Source: Chrysochromulina tobinii
Taxonomy: Eukaryota
Reading direction: 5' to 3'
Assembly: GCA_001275005.1 (NCBI GenBank)
Contig: JWZX01003409.1
Span: forward strand, 62,001 to 121,428
DNA: 59,428 nt
Under the pieces are notes generated by a model, which saw only the letters and a list, made by a program, of their open reading frames with translations, was not told where the DNA came from and did not search any database. Position 1 is the first letter of the stretch, and every line of letters begins with the position of its first letter. Made by a program: the position numbers and the translations under genes. Below are positions 10,970 through 23,641 of the stretch, piece by piece.

Positions 10970-11884
10970 ATGGTTCGCGTCGCTCTTCGTCGCGTCGGCG
11001 CTGTCACCGGCAAGAAAGTCAGGCTGCCGGCTTCAATCGCTGAACTGCTTGAGCTCGCAACGAGCAAGCTCGAATTGCCGTCGCCGGCGACGAACATCTT
11101 CTTCAACGACGGAGATCAGTGCGATGACCTCGAGCTCGTTGATTCCGAAGAGCTGCTGTACATCTCATGCGGAGAACCGTTTGCGCCACCATCGGCCGAG
11201 CCCGAAGATGAGGGGAAGACATCGCTGAGCTCCCCACCTGCCGAGGCGCTGCCACCGCCACTTGCTGAATCGCTTTCACTGCCACCACCATTGTCACCTC
11301 TTGTGCTCAGTGCCGTGAGCCGTATGAGCGGCCGGGACCAGCTGGAACTCGATGAGCTCGCCCGGCTGCGCGAGGAGGTCTCCTTAGCGCAGGAGCAGCT
11401 GAAGTGCGCCAAAGACAACGCGGCTCGCTGGGAGGCAGAGGTGAGGGCGGCCAAGGACGTCGCGGCAGAGCGGAAGAAAATGGTGGTAGGCAGGGACGAC
11501 ACGGGAGGCGATGAGGTGGACATGGTTACGATGCTTTCCGAGCTACTCATCGAGGCGAGGATGTCGGCGGCGCAGTACGCCTTCGAACGCGATGAAGCTA
11601 AAGGCCAAGCACAGCGGCTGCAAGCGGAGGTCGAGCGCCAGGGAAACGCTGTGCGCCAGCTACAAGAGCACACTACGAGGCTCGAGGCCAAGTACGATGC
11701 GGAGCACAAGAAATACGCCAAGCTCGAGGCCAAGCACAAGGCCGTGTGCCAAAGGTATGAGGGTGACGTCGCCGGGCTGATCGAGCTTCGAGCGCAGGCG
11801 GACGAGGCGAATAGGCAACTCTCTATACACGAAAGCAAGCTCGGCATGCGGCGTGGGGTAGTTGGATTTGAAGGAGGCTGCTGA
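10970..11884 (+). CDS. KHA/doublecortin-like ubiquitin-fold domain + coiled-coil protein
   Basis: GKKVRLPASIAELLELATSKL...IFFNDG...DDLELVDSEELLYISCGEPF, then a Pro-rich linker and a long coiled coil. Confidence 0.65.
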   Translation: MVRVALRRVGAVTGKKVRLPASIAELLELATSKLELPSPATNIFFNDGDQCDDLELVDSEELLYISCGEPFAPPSAEPEDEGKTSLSSPPAEALPPPLAESLSLPPPLSPLVLSAVSRMSGRDQLELDELARLREEVSLAQEQLKCAKDNAARWEAEVRAAKDVAAERKKMVVGRDDTGGDEVDMVTMLSELLIEARMSAAQYAFERDEAKGQAQRLQAEVERQGNAVRQLQEHTTRLEAKYDAEHKKYAKLEAKHKAVCQRYEGDVAGLIELRAQADEANRQLSIHESKLGMRRGVVGFEGGC

Positions 11885-12370
11885 GCTTTGAGTGGATTGC
11901 ATGCCATATGCGCGGGTAGGGTTTGGCAGGAAGACTGCGCCGATTATGGCACAACGTACAGTGGGTATCCGCCCAGCAATCCGAGTGAGGATCAGGATGC
12001 CTGTGGCCACTCAATTTAAGCCACAATAAACCCAACCTCGACCAGGGGGGTGCGATTTGTGTGTTGCCCCTAGAGCCTGTACTTGGTACAAGGCCATGTA
12101 GTGTACATGTGACACTACTAAAACTAGGGGGGGTACTTACCTCTTGAAATACAATCTTACAAAATAATGTTGAAATAGCAAAACCAAAGAACGCAGAAGT
12201 AGAGCTCAATACTTTGTAGCCACCCCACGGAAGGAAGCTCCTCACCTGGAGACAACCATGCCTGTGGAACACTTCAGGCTCGTTCCGGTCCTAGCGGTGT
12301 GGGAACTACAGAAAGCGGCGTTTCGAGCTCTCTCTAAAAAGCGGACGATCTTGAGTTGACGGCGAGCTGC

Positions 12371-12986
12371 ATGCCCTCCAAGCACCCGCACCTAACCCAA
12401 CAGGAACTCACCGAGTTCCGCGAGATCTTCAATCTGGTGCGCTGTCGCTGCCGCTTCGAATCGCCGCACCGCTATTGAAGGCCAGCAGGGCCTCGCACGC
12501 CGGACTCAACTGGTGCACCTCTTGCTACTGCGGGAGGCTGCTGCAAATTGCTCACTGGCGGAGTGGCGCTGCGTCCTCAGGTGGATCTGGACAAGGGTGG
12601 CACAATATCTAAGGATGAGCTAGGGCAGCTGATGAAAACCCTCGGCCTGAAGCCGACGCAGGAGGAGCTCAATGCGATGGTCGCAGAGATTGATGCGGAT
12701 GGCAGTGGCGAGATCGACTTCGATGAGTTCGTGACGGTCATGTCTCGTAAGGTGAATACCTCCTACACGCCGAAGCAGGTTAAGGCCGCCTTCAAGGTCT
12801 TTGCAAAACAGACAGATCCCAACGGCATGATTTCGATGGCCACGCTCGAGCAGGCACTCACCACCTACGGCACCGAGAAGCTCTCGTTGAAGCGACGCGC
12901 AGGAGCTGCTTTCGCAGATCGAGCCGGACGAGAACGGCATGGTCAACTACTTAGAGTTCGTGGATATGATGACGCAAGGACGATGA
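12371..12986 (+). CDS. Calmodulin-like EF-hand protein; exons 12371-12436, 12581-12986; apparent +1 frameshift at 12890
   Basis: LTQQELTEFREIFNL|VDLDKGGTISKDEL and EIDADGSGEIDFDEF. After removing one base the sequence reads LSDAQELLSQIEPDENGMVNYLEFVDMM. GT-AG intron at 12437-12580. Confidence 0.88.
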
Positions 12987-13962
12987 TTGGCAGGCTTCAT
13001 GTTACCCTCAGCGAGTTCGTTTGTTCGTCGTCGTGGACAAGTGTGGGCTCATACAAGTGAGGGGCTCAGCGAGAGCCGCGACGTCGGCTCCGAGCGGTCC
13101 GAGTCGAAGTGGAAGTCTGAGAATGAATTACCTCCCAGATAGTCGCAGCTGGAACACTCGTGCTGGCCCAGAGTCGGCGGGGACATGATCAAGTAGGAGC
13201 TAGCCAGAGAGGTAATCGCCTCCCCGCCCGACACTGCACACCGTCGGGACCGTCGATCTCTCGAAGTACGAAGACGAACCGCACGTATTATGCATATATC
13301 GACGAAAGTATCGAACGAAAGTACAGGTAAATCGAGACGTAAGTCACGCCCACGCCTATCTCGGCAGCGCACACGCGGCGAGGGGGGAACCCAGGCAAAA
13401 ACAGCGTGGCGGAGGCGGTCGGCGCACGCGGCGGTGCCGGTGCCGTCTGCCGACGCGAGTGCGCGCCGGCGTGCACGGCCCCGGTGCGACAGTGCGGTGT
13501 GGCGCCGCGCGGGCCGCGGCCCGCGGCACGACGGGTCGACGCGACCGTCGATAAAATAATCGCTCGACCCGTGGAGGTCCCGGATATCACACGAATGCAC
13601 CGATACATTTCAGTGTTAACTCGACCGTCGATGCTCGATCACCGTGTACAACGTGCGGATCGGATTGTCGTTTGCTTCCCGCTTCCGCGGGCTTACCGCG
13701 GGCTACACGACCGCGGCAGAATACGGCCAAAGTGGTAAGTGGAGTTTGGACCGAGCGCGGCCCGGGGTCTCGGATAACCATAATGCGAACGCTCCCACGC
13801 GTCCTCTGCACCGGCTTCGGCAGAGGTTTTCCTTGTTGTACCGCGAAGCAGCGTTCTCCGCGTGATTCTGGCTGCCACGAGTCTCCATGATTCTGGCTGC
13901 CAACATGTCAACGTCTGTGCCCAAGCTCTTGTAACGTCGGGGTGCGCGACGGAAGCGGCAGG

Positions 13963-16381
13963 TCACCTCGTCCGAGAGGCTGGGTCGGCTCTCGGGCGAG
14001 GTGACCTGCCGATCGGCTGGGTTGACCTGCCGAGAGGCTGGGTCGGCTCGTCCTCGTCTGCGGCGGCGAGGACCTCGGCAAGGACTACCTCGGTGCCCTC
14101 CTGCTGGCGCACGCGCACGACGCCCGTGTGGTGCGGGCTGAGCGGCACTCCCGAGCCGCCATCGAGTCGGATCTGGACCACCTGAGCCACGGGCTGGCGG
14201 CACATGGGGCACTCGCGCCTCTTGCTGCGAAGGCAGCGGCGCGCGCACCCGTAGCAGATGCCGCCGTGGCCGCACTCGAGAAGGACGGCATCTCGCGGCT
14301 CCGTGAAGCAGATCAGACATTTGCTCTCATCGTCGAGATCGTCGAGATCGTCGTCGCCCGGCCCGTCGCCGCCCAGCCCGGCGCGACCGCCGTCTAGGCT
14401 GCCTGTCTCCACGGCAGCAAGCTGCTTGCGATCGCCCGCGGCCAACCCAGGCAAGGCGACCCCGCTCGCGACGGCGCTCTCGTCCGAGGCCGCCGCGAGT
14501 GGCAACGCGCCGAGCTCCACCTCAGCCGCAGGGGGACCTGGAGCGACAGCCTCGGCCTCGGATCGCCTGGCGCCGTCGCGGGCGCCGTCGCGGGCGCCGT
14601 CGCGCGTGCTGATCGACGGTGCCAGGCCCGCGGCGTTGTCGGCGTCCCAGCGGCCGGCCGGCGACGGCTTGCCCTTCGGGTGCGGCGAGTTGCCGGTCTC
14701 ACTCCAATTGCCGATGACGGAGCCGTGTTGCGAGTAGGCGCGCGTCGCTTCAGCGCACGCGGCAGCTGAGAGCTGCTCCTTGAGTGCAATGAGCCGACGC
14801 AGCTTGAGCTTGACCTCGGCAGGCAGCTTCGTCGAGTCGGCAGCCGCGGGCGAGACCGCCGCGCTCGTACGCCGCCCGGGGGGCGCTTGCGGCTTGCGCA
14901 CTCGCGCCCGATGCTGCTGCTGCTGGGTGCGGACCCACGACTCAATGTCCTTCTCGAGCGCCTCGTACTCGTCAGAGGAGGCGAAGCCCGCGCTCGCGGC
15001 CTCGCCCGACTCCGCCTCGGCCGCCTCCGCCTCGCCCGCCTCCACGTCCGCGACGCGCATCTCGGGTGAGGGCGACGCCGAGGAGCCCTCATTCACCTTG
15101 CCGGGAGTGCTTGGCGCCACGGGGACGGGCGCTGTGTTGGGCGCACCCATGAATCGCTCGAACATTGCCGTGTTGCCCATCCGACGGAAGAGCGTCGAGC
15201 TATGCTGCACCAGCACTGGGGGCGCGAGCTGCTGCGAGACCGCCTCGATGACGCCGCTCCCGCCGCCGGCCTCCTCCTCAGGCAACTCCTCCTCGTCGAC
15301 CGCCTGCGCGTTGATGTCGCGCAGGAGCAGCGGGGGCAGGAAGATGGTGAACACGAGGTACATGGCGAGCAGCAGCGAGTAGCCCACGATGAGCGGCGAG
15401 AGGATCGCCTCGTAAGGCACGCTCAGGTCGCCATCCAGGCGCTGCGCGAGCGCGACGAGGAACGTAAGCCCCGTCAAGGTCACTGTGAGCAGGAAGGCGT
15501 AGCAGAGGAAGAAGAGGGCACGCTGCCCCAAATCGGGCCGGTCGTGTGCGAGCACGATGCCCACCGCGAGCACCGTCGCGGCGATGGAAGCGAGGACGAG
15601 CAGGCCGAAGATGCACCACAGCGGCCAGAAGGTCGCCGTCCACGTGAGTTTGTTGAGTCCATCGGCGCGGCACGCGAGGAGGAGGACCACAGGGTGGGCT
15701 GGGTTAAATGGAGCCCCCGGCCGGCTCGGCTGGGAGCTCGAGCCGTCGGATGGCAAGACTGGCGTCTTGGCAAGATGCAGGCAGAAGCGCAGCACCGCGG
15801 CCACAAAGTAGGGCGAGCACACGATGAGCACCGACAGGCCCGGCCACAGGCCATCCTGACGCAACGCAAGCAGGATCTTGAAGACAGTGACGCACACGGA
15901 GCCCTTGAGCCGGCCGAGCTGCGCGATGACGCTGTTGCGCCGCGTGCTGCGGGCGCGAGAGGCAGAGCGGGCGGTCAGGCGTGCGATAGTCGCGGCAGGC
16001 GCGCTCTGCCGTGCGCTGCTGCCGCGGCGGCGCGTGTGCAGCCAGGGGAGTAACAACAGCGAGGGGCACTCACGTGTGGCCGATGGACTGCATGTTGTAG
16101 CAGCGGCGCAGCTCGAAGGTGCTCGTGAGCATGGTGATCGCGTCGGAGGCCCACAACGGAGCAAATACCCAGAACCACGAGTAGATGCCGACGTCGTTGA
16201 GCTTCCAGAGCAGCAGGAACAGGAAGCAGACCATCAAGAAGAGCTGCACGGAGTTGGCGACGACGACCAGCAGATGGGCGAGTGGGCAGCAGAGCGTCCA
16301 CTGGCTCGCTCGCGGCGCATTGGGCGGGTTCCCATCCCCCGGGACGCGTCGAGGCAAAGCCACAGGGATGGACAGGCGCAT
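13963..16381 (-). CDS. Multi-pass membrane (TMEM185/Fragile-X-F-like) RING-HC E3 ubiquitin ligase; exons 16381-16074, 15946-13963
   Basis: KLNDVGIYSWFWVFAPLW and LTWTATFWPLW TM repeats. C-terminal CLICFTEPRDAVLLECGHGGICYGCA...CPMCR. Phase-2 GTGAGT..CAG intron at 16073-15947. Confidence 0.85.
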
Positions 16382-16582
16382 CCGAGCCCCAAGCGAGCTT
16401 GACAAGCAGACCCGACTCGGACCCAGTTCTGACGACACGACAAAAACATGCACATGAATGCAACTAATTGGGCTTGCGAAACTTGTTCAACATCCGCATC
16501 CGGCGCGCCCCTTCACTGGGGCTCGTTTCTTCGTGAAAAAGGTTCAGGAATCGTCAGCAGCAGCGCGAGAAGCCTCGCGATC

Positions 16583-18416
16583 ATGTTCGGCTCCAAGAAG
16601 CGCGTTCCCGCCGTCCCAGTGTCCACGCAGTTGGTCTTGCACAAGGCCGGTGCGGCGGGCTTGCCGCCGGGCTCGCCCGGTGGCAACCTGACCGAGAAGC
16701 GGGTGGAGGAGGAGCGTCGACCCGGACGAAGTTGCCGAGATGCTGCCGATCCGCAAACCCAAGCACGTGGGCGAGGGCGTGACCAGCGCTCTAGGGCTGG
16801 TGACTGGCAGTGTGGTCGCCGGCGCGGCGGGCCTCGTAATTCTGCCCGCCAAGGGTGCCATGGAAGGCGGGGCGCGCGGCTTCGCAAGCGGCCTGGCGAT
16901 GGGCGCACTTGGCGCTGTCGTGCTGCCGACTATGGGCGTGGTGGCCGGCTCAGTGCAGGTCATGCGGGGCATCGCGCAGACGCCCTTTTCGGCGGCCGCG
17001 GCCATGGAGGGCAAGACCTGGGACAAGGAGAAGCGCTCGTGGAAGCACTACAGCCTGCCCACCGAGGAGATTGAGGTGGCAGCCGCCGAGGCGGAGTGGA
17101 ACGCCAAGCTTGCTGAGAAACGCAAGGAGCGCCAGAAGAGGAAGGGCAACGGCGGCGCGGTCGAAGACCGGACCTTCTACGAGCTGCTCGGCGTCGCTCC
17201 CGAGGCGACCGCTGCCGAGATCAAAGTGGCCTACCGCACGGCCGCGCGCCGGCTGCACCCCGATAAGAACCCCGACGATCCCAATGCGAACCTCAAGTTC
17301 CAAAAGCTGGGCGAGGCGTACCAGGTGCTTTCGAATGAGGACGCGCGCGCCAAGTACGACGCCAAGGGCCTCGACGGTCTCAAAGACACGCAGTTGATGG
17401 ACGCGTCTACGATGTACGCGATGCTGTTCGGCTCGGAACAATTCGAAGACCTCATTGGCGAGCTGCAGATTGCAGCGATGCTGCAGCAGGCCGAGGCGAG
17501 TGGAGACCCGTCGGACGTGTCGCTCAAGCACCTGGGCCACAAGCAGCGCCAGCGCGAGGTCGCGTGCGCCGCCAAGCTCGCGGCCAAGCTGCAGCCGTAC
17601 GTCGACTGCCAACAGAGCCTCGTCGATTTCGAGGCGCAAGTGCGCGAACAGGCCAAGGAGCTCGCGACCTCGGCCTTCGGAGAGCTTCTCACGCATACGA
17701 TCGGCGCCGTGTACGTGTACAAGGCGTCGCAGGCGCTCAAGCTCAACCTGGGCGCGGCCATGCGACAGAAGGGCCATACGATGCAGACGAACACGCGCAT
17801 GCTGGGCGCCATCCTCAATATGATCAAGGTCGCGCGCGCTGCCCACAGCCTTAAAGAGGAGGACCAGGCGAAGATGATGCATAGCCAGATGGGGTCGTTC
17901 CTCGAGGGTGCGTGGTACGTGTCCGTCGTTGACGTCGAGACGACGGTAAGGCACGTGTGCCGGAAGGTGCTCGGAGACAACTCACTTGCCAAGGAGGGCC
18001 GCAGGAAGCGAGCGGCTGCGCTCAAGCGCATTGGAGAGCTCTTCCTTGAGGCAGCCTCGGCCGACGGCAAGGACGGCGAGGGCAAGGCGAAGACGCTGCG
18101 CGAGCGGCTCAAGGCCTTTCTGCCGCCCGAGGCCGCCGCGGGCGCTTGCTCGCCCGCCGACGCCGCCGAGGCCGGCGGCGGCGATGACGACGACGACGAC
18201 GTACCTGATCTGAGCGACCCGACGGATGCGCAGCCGCCACAGCCGCCGCCGAAGCCGCCGTCGGAGGTTGCCCTCGATCGCGAGACGCTGCTGGTGATGA
18301 GCATGAAGGAGCTGCGGGCCATCATGAAAGCGCGGGGATTGTCCACTGACGGCTTACTCGAAAAGACTGAGTTTGTCGACGCGATCTGCGCGCACGCGGC
18401 GGAACCGCCGCCATGA
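16583..18416 (+). CDS. DnaJ co-chaperone with DnaJ-X domain and C-terminal SAP/HeH-like motif; apparent +1 frameshift at 16715
   Basis: FYELLGV...LHPDKNP...FQKLGEAYQVLS...YD J-domain; X-domain-like VVDVETTVRHVCRKVL; terminal MSMKELRAIMKARGLSTDGLLEKTEFV. Confidence 0.88.
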
Positions 18417-18824
18417 TCGATGCTGAATGCAATCCCATCATCCTTCACAACTCCTGCACAATCATCCCATGCGATCGGTCTCGCCCAGCACTACCGGGTC
18501 CGGTCGACCTCCGACGCCATAGAAGAGGGGCACCGCGCCTTCCACGCGGGTCGTTACGCGATTTTGCGCGGGATCTGGGCGCCTGAGGGCGATGGGCGAA
18601 CCTGCTTAGCCCGTGCTTAATTTACGCAGTGTGTCAGTTTTATACAGTGTGTCAGTTTGAATATAATCTCAGTGTAGTTGCCTAACAGTCCTAACAGTCG
18701 AGATGGTAACGTGGTTTCGCCGATCGTTTACGGCTGAACGCTGAACGTTGAAAGCTCACATTCCGACGAGCGCGACGTCGACGCTCGGACCACATCGATC
18801 ATCCGGTTGGATCGTCGTTTTGAG

Positions 18825-21020
18825 CTATTCGATTCCAGAATCAGAGCTGGACGCCTCCTCAAAGTCTTCGTCCTCTCCCTGCTCAACCTCGTTCCTCCTG
18901 GAGAAGGACCAGCTCCGAGTGGGTCCAACTTGAGGATCGTCCTCTCCTTCTCCTTCGTCGACGTCGTCGCTCTCGTCGTCTTCGACCCACTCACCTGCGT
19001 GCTCGAGCTCGTCGGCCTCCAGCTGGGCCGCAGCCTCGGCTGCCTCCTCGGCCGCCACCGCTGCCTCGGCGAATGCAGACGCCGTGCGCGTATCGAGCTT
19101 CGGAAATCCAGGCGGCGTGCTTGGCGGCGTCATCGGTGGCGACCGATCTCGGAAGCTGGTGTCGACGACGTCTCCATAACGCAAGAGGAACTCGGTTGTT
19201 GCGACCGGCCGAAAGAACATGTCACCCACCTGCACGAAGCTGTCGGCACAGAGGTCCTTGACCTCGAACTCATCAAATTCGGCGTGGGTGAACTCCGATT
19301 TCTCCTGTAGCGCCTCTGAGAGCGCTTCGCTGACGAGCTCGGTGCCCATAGTAGGCCTCATACTCCCCGCGAGCTCCCACTTCACCAAGCTCGAGTCTTC
19401 ATAGTCCCTGATGGACTCGTCGTCCTCGTGCCCACCAACGTAAACGATCTCTTCAGCATATCCTGCTTTTCGATCCTCTTCCTCGGTAACAATCGACATT
19501 GCATAGGAGAGGCTATCAACCTCGTCTGCTGCGATCCTTGCAGCCGCGGCCCGTTCTGCTGCCGCGTTCGCAGCCCCTGACCGGTCGGCCAGCAGCCCCG
19601 ACTCGAACTCCTCGCGCGTAATGTGCGCATCGCCATCTTGGTCGAGCTCGCCTGTCTCCTCGAGCATCCGCATGACCCGAACCACCTGTGGAATGGACGT
19701 AGCATCTGCGATGCCAAGAAGAGCTTCGAATTCACCGTCGGCTCGGAGCTTGGCTGCAAGCTCTTTGCGAGAGATCTGGCCACTGCCATCCGTGTCCATA
19801 GATTCGAACAGCGCATGTATCCTTGCCTTCGTGGCAGCCAGATGGGCTTCTAAAGGTGCCGCTGTAGTCGTGGCATACGCCCCCTCCGAGTACGAGACGA
19901 ACAAGGGGGCAAACGGAGTGTCGGCGTACGAGACGAAGCCACAAGATCGGACGTGACCCGATGTATGCAGGCTCGCAGCTGGGAGTTCCACATCAGCAGG
20001 AGCCTCGTGAGTGGAATACGCCGTCGAAAGGGCCTCATCCGTCTCTTGATGACCTGTTGGAGCCGCATCGGAGCCAGGCTCGAGGTGCTCGCTTGGTGGG
20101 TCACCGTCGTTTGGCGAGCCGGACTCAGATGGCGAGCCAGGCTCAGTAGCATGGGCTGTACGACTTTTGGCGAGCCAGTGCACCGCATGTGAATGAACGT
20201 GTGTGCTGGAGTATACAGCGAGCCAGTGCAGCGCATACGGCCGAACGCGAACCGAGTCGCGCACCATTTTCCAGAAGAACTGTGTCAGTGCAGCACCGCG
20301 GAGTCCGCCTCGTCGCTTCATGATTTCAGCCCAGCTCAGCAAGCGCACGCATTCTTGCCAGTCGCCGGCCAGTCTCAGCTTGGAGAGCTCGGCATGGCCC
20401 TGTATGGCCCGGTCGAGCGGTGTCGCCTTGCCGAGCGTACCGCCCTGGTGTGATGCCTCTATCGAGGCGCCCTTCTCCAGCAGTAGAGCGACCACGATCG
20501 CGTTGCCAAAGTAGGCCGATCGGCCAAGAAGCGTCTCACCTTCTGGCGCCACGTAGTCCAACCTTGCATTGCGGCGCAAGAGCTCCTTGACGATAGCAAC
20601 GTCGCCGTTTTCACACGCTAGGTAGATGGGCGCGAGCGTTACAATTTTAATGGGATGCACCGCAGCTCCGTGCAGCAAGAGCAGCTTCGCAGCTTCGATG
20701 TGGCCACCGAGGCATGCACATCCGAGCGCCTCGTTGAGCGTGGCTGCCAGTGGCCAGCTACGCACGAGCAGGCTCTCGAGTTCCGCGAGATGGCCATTCC
20801 TGGCAGCATTCAACAAAGGGTCCATCTGCACTGCCATGCCATAAGGGTTTGGCGATCGCTGCGCAGCCTGGGCATCTGATGGCCGGGTAGAGGCTCGGCC
20901 TAAGCTCGGGACACAGTCGACAGTATCGCCTCTCCCTCGAAATCGCCTGGTGGTCTTCTTGGCAGGCCCAACCATACTTATTGGGGCTCGCGGACTGCCC
21001 CATGAAGCCTTCTCGTCCAT
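18825..21020 (-). CDS. Ankyrin-repeat + EF-hand pair protein with acidic tail (start uncertain)
   Basis: Ankyrin motifs LLNAARNGH, ACLGGHIEAAKLLL, LACENGD and SAYFGNAIVVALLLEKGA. EF-hands DTDGSGQISRKE and DQDGDAHITREE. Confidence 0.8.
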   Translation of the reverse strand: MDEKASWGSPRAPISMVGPAKKTTRRFRGRGDTVDCVPSLGRASTRPSDAQAAQRSPNPYGMAVQMDPLLNAARNGHLAELESLLVRSWPLAATLNEALGCACLGGHIEAAKLLLLHGAAVHPIKIVTLAPIYLACENGDVAIVKELLRRNARLDYVAPEGETLLGRSAYFGNAIVVALLLEKGASIEASHQGGTLGKATPLDRAIQGHAELSKLRLAGDWQECVRLLSWAEIMKRRGGLRGAALTQFFWKMVRDSVRVRPYALHWLAVYSSTHVHSHAVHWLAKSRTAHATEPGSPSESGSPNDGDPPSEHLEPGSDAAPTGHQETDEALSTAYSTHEAPADVELPAASLHTSGHVRSCGFVSYADTPFAPLFVSYSEGAYATTTAAPLEAHLAATKARIHALFESMDTDGSGQISRKELAAKLRADGEFEALLGIADATSIPQVVRVMRMLEETGELDQDGDAHITREEFESGLLADRSGAANAAAERAAAARIAADEVDSLSYAMSIVTEEEDRKAGYAEEIVYVGGHEDDESIRDYEDSSLVKWELAGSMRPTMGTELVSEALSEALQEKSEFTHAEFDEFEVKDLCADSFVQVGDMFFRPVATTEFLLRYGDVVDTSFRDRSPPMTPPSTPPGFPKLDTRTASAFAEAAVAAEEAAEAAAQLEADELEHAGEWVEDDESDDVDEGEGEDDPQVGPTRSWSFSRRNEVEQGEDEDFEEASSSDSGIE

Positions 21021-21161
21021 TTGTTTCGAGGGGGAGTTCTATCGCGCCGCGCACATATAGACTTCCGGTCGCCTCCCCGAGCGCGGCGTCGTTCCCAGAG
21101 GAAAGCACTGTGCGTGTCCCATCACCTTTTTGACGTATGCTCGCGACGGCGCTCGATCGCA

Positions 21162-23351
21162 ATGCGAGCCGACCGGCGGCGCTCGTGGCGGCTTTCATCG
21201 CTCGAACTGTGCATTCTCTTGTGCATCGTTGTGCGACTCACACTTCTTTTGGTTGACAAAGGGGGCACTGGACTTCGAGTCATCCAAGCAGACTCCGTAG
21301 TCGAGTCGCGGAATGCACCGCGAGAGCTGTCTGTCAATGAGGCCATACGTCCAGCTCTGCCATCACTGTTGCCGCCTCCGCCGCCACCATCGCCCGAATC
21401 GAGCCCTGCCGTTATGCTCCTCGCAACCAGTCACGTGGCCAACACCATGGACCGTCGAGCACATCAGGCAGGTCCAGATGATGGTGCAACGGGGCCGCGT
21501 GAGCGTGAGCGAGAGGTGGGCACACTTGCTGGGTCGGAGCATGAGTACCGGAGCTGCTGTGCTCGCGCTTGGCGTGATCCATCAAGAAATGCGGCCATCG
21601 AGTTTTGCGACCAGGAAACGGACGCCACCGGCGATCGAGCAACGTCACAGCTCACGTGCTTCAGTGCTCCTTCCCTCAAGGCAACAGGCCACAGCTCTTC
21701 CTCGACCCCTGCCTGGTACTGTGACGCGCGACGTCTCGTGGTGAACACCAGCGCCGTGTCCATCGGCTCTGATGACCTCACCATCCCGACGCCCTCACAA
21801 AAGGGCCTCTGGCAGCGGCGCGCGCTGCTGCTCGACTGCCCGTTGCGTACGAGCGCGCTTAGCGAGCCGAGGCGCTTCGGGATGCTCCTGCGCCAACTGC
21901 TGCCCGTGCCGCTCGCGGAGCTCAGGGCCTCGTCTGTGGGGCGCGACGTGCTGGCGGGCGTGCTGGCGCGCCTCGGAACCGATGCGCACGGCGGCCAGGA
22001 CGAGGACAGTGAGGACGAGCCGACGATTGTCTTCGTGGCGCGCTACTCGGTCAAAAACTTCTTTCTGGCCCATTACGATCTTCTGCAGGTGCGTTGATTG
22101 CCACTGATGACCTGCCTTGCATGCAAGTGCTCATTCTGGCCCATTACGATCTTCTGCAGGTGCGTTGATTGCCACTGATGACCTGCCTTGCATGCAAGTG
22201 CTCATCGCCGCGCGTCCGACTCCCTCGAGCCTCTTCATCACGATCTTCTGCAGGTGGCGTCGATTGTTCTGCACGCACTCGGGCCGGAGCCGCGAGCGCG
22301 CACGCGCCTCGTCTTCATCCCTCCCGACAAGGCCAACCACGGCTGGTGGGGCCCGCAGAGGCTGCTCTGGGCGAGCTTCAGCGAGATTCCACCAGTCTCG
22401 TATGTGGAATGGCTTGCTGAGGAAAGGGCCCTGAGCGGCGCGGCAGGCGGCGGCGCGGGAGGCGGCGGCGCGGCGTTGAGTCATCGATCCGGAGCGCCGC
22501 AGACGCTGCTGCCGGTCCGCCGCGCAATCTTTGCCCTATCAGGCCTTCATTCCGTCTATGGTCGCGGATCGATCGGGCGTGCACTCGAAGGGGTCTGTGC
22601 GCCGTGCGCGGCAGCGGACGGCGCGACGAAGCGCCTCACGCGCGTCTCGGCGTTCTACCGGCTTTTCATCCAAGCGGTGCTGCACCGGACGGGCCTCTTC
22701 CAGCTGCCAGCGCCGCCGGCGCCGCTCGCCGCCACGGCTGCCGACGGCGGCGGTGGGAGAGACGCCCGAGACGACGCGTGGCTCGAAGGCGGGCTGTTGC
22801 GTGGCGTGTGGATCTCTCGGGGGAAGGGGCTCGGGCACGGGTACGGCAAGACTGTCGGCCGCCGGTGCCTCAACGAGCCCGAGGTGCTGCAGGCGCTCAA
22901 GAGCGCAGCCGTGGGACTCGCCCTCACGCCGCTCGAGCTGGCTGACGTGCCTTTCGCCGAGCAGCTGCAGCACTTTCGGCGAGCGGCGGTGGTGACCGGC
23001 ATGCACGGCGCCGGCTACGCGAACATCATCTTCCTCGCGCCGCGGGCGGTGGTCGCCGAGCTGTGCCCGCTGGGCTACTGCACCAAGTCGTACGAGCGCA
23101 TGTCCGCGCGCCTCGACCTCATCTACATGCGTTGGACCAACACGATCGCCGAGAACGCGAAACCAGGCTACGACACGGTCGTCGACGTGGGACAGTTCAC
23201 CAAGCTGATGCAACAAGCGGTGAGTGCGTTTCGGAGTGAGTCGCCTTCAGTAGCGTCGGACGAAGAACGCGGCGGCGCTGGGCACGTCGAGAAGGAGGAG
23301 GAGGAGGAGGAGGCAGAGACGACGTTCCTGATCGGATCGGATGATGACTAG
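21162..23351 (+). CDS. Glycosyltransferase family 61 (type II membrane); exons 21162-22088, 22254-23351
   Basis: N-terminal TM helix. RRCLNEPEV and PFAEQLQHFRRAAVVTGMHGAGYANIIFL..VVAELCP match the GT61 signature. Phase-0 intron. Confidence 0.85.
22089..22253 (+). mobile_element. Introner-like intron (165 nt) with 71-bp tandem duplication of the exon/intron junction
   Basis: GTGCGTTGATTGCCACTGATGACCTGCCTTGCATGCAAGTGCTCA occurs twice. The 3' end CATCACGATCTTCTGCAG copies the exon end CATTACGATCTTCTGCAG. Confidence 0.88.
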
Positions 23352-23641
23352 TGAACACACGCTCTCAGTTAACCGGCTCACAAGTCGATATTTGAGATTT
23401 GTGAAGAATCTTAATAAAGTGTGAAAACAACAAAACACGCACGCGCTCGGCCCGCCGGCACACCGCGCCTCCCGGCGCGGCTCGCGCGGCGGCCTCGGAG
23501 CGCGTCCCCATGCGCGGAGCATGCATGAAAGATGAATGCGGCAAGCACTCATGCTCACCCCATCCACCGCACCGAGCCACCGACTCGCCGGGCCGTGTGC
23601 TTGTCCGATCACAGTCAGACGTCGGGTCAGTCATAGGTCAG

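Noticed and set aside
11900..12300. AT-richer intergenic stretch as a transposon remnant
   Set aside because: No TIRs, TSD or transposase-like translation were found.
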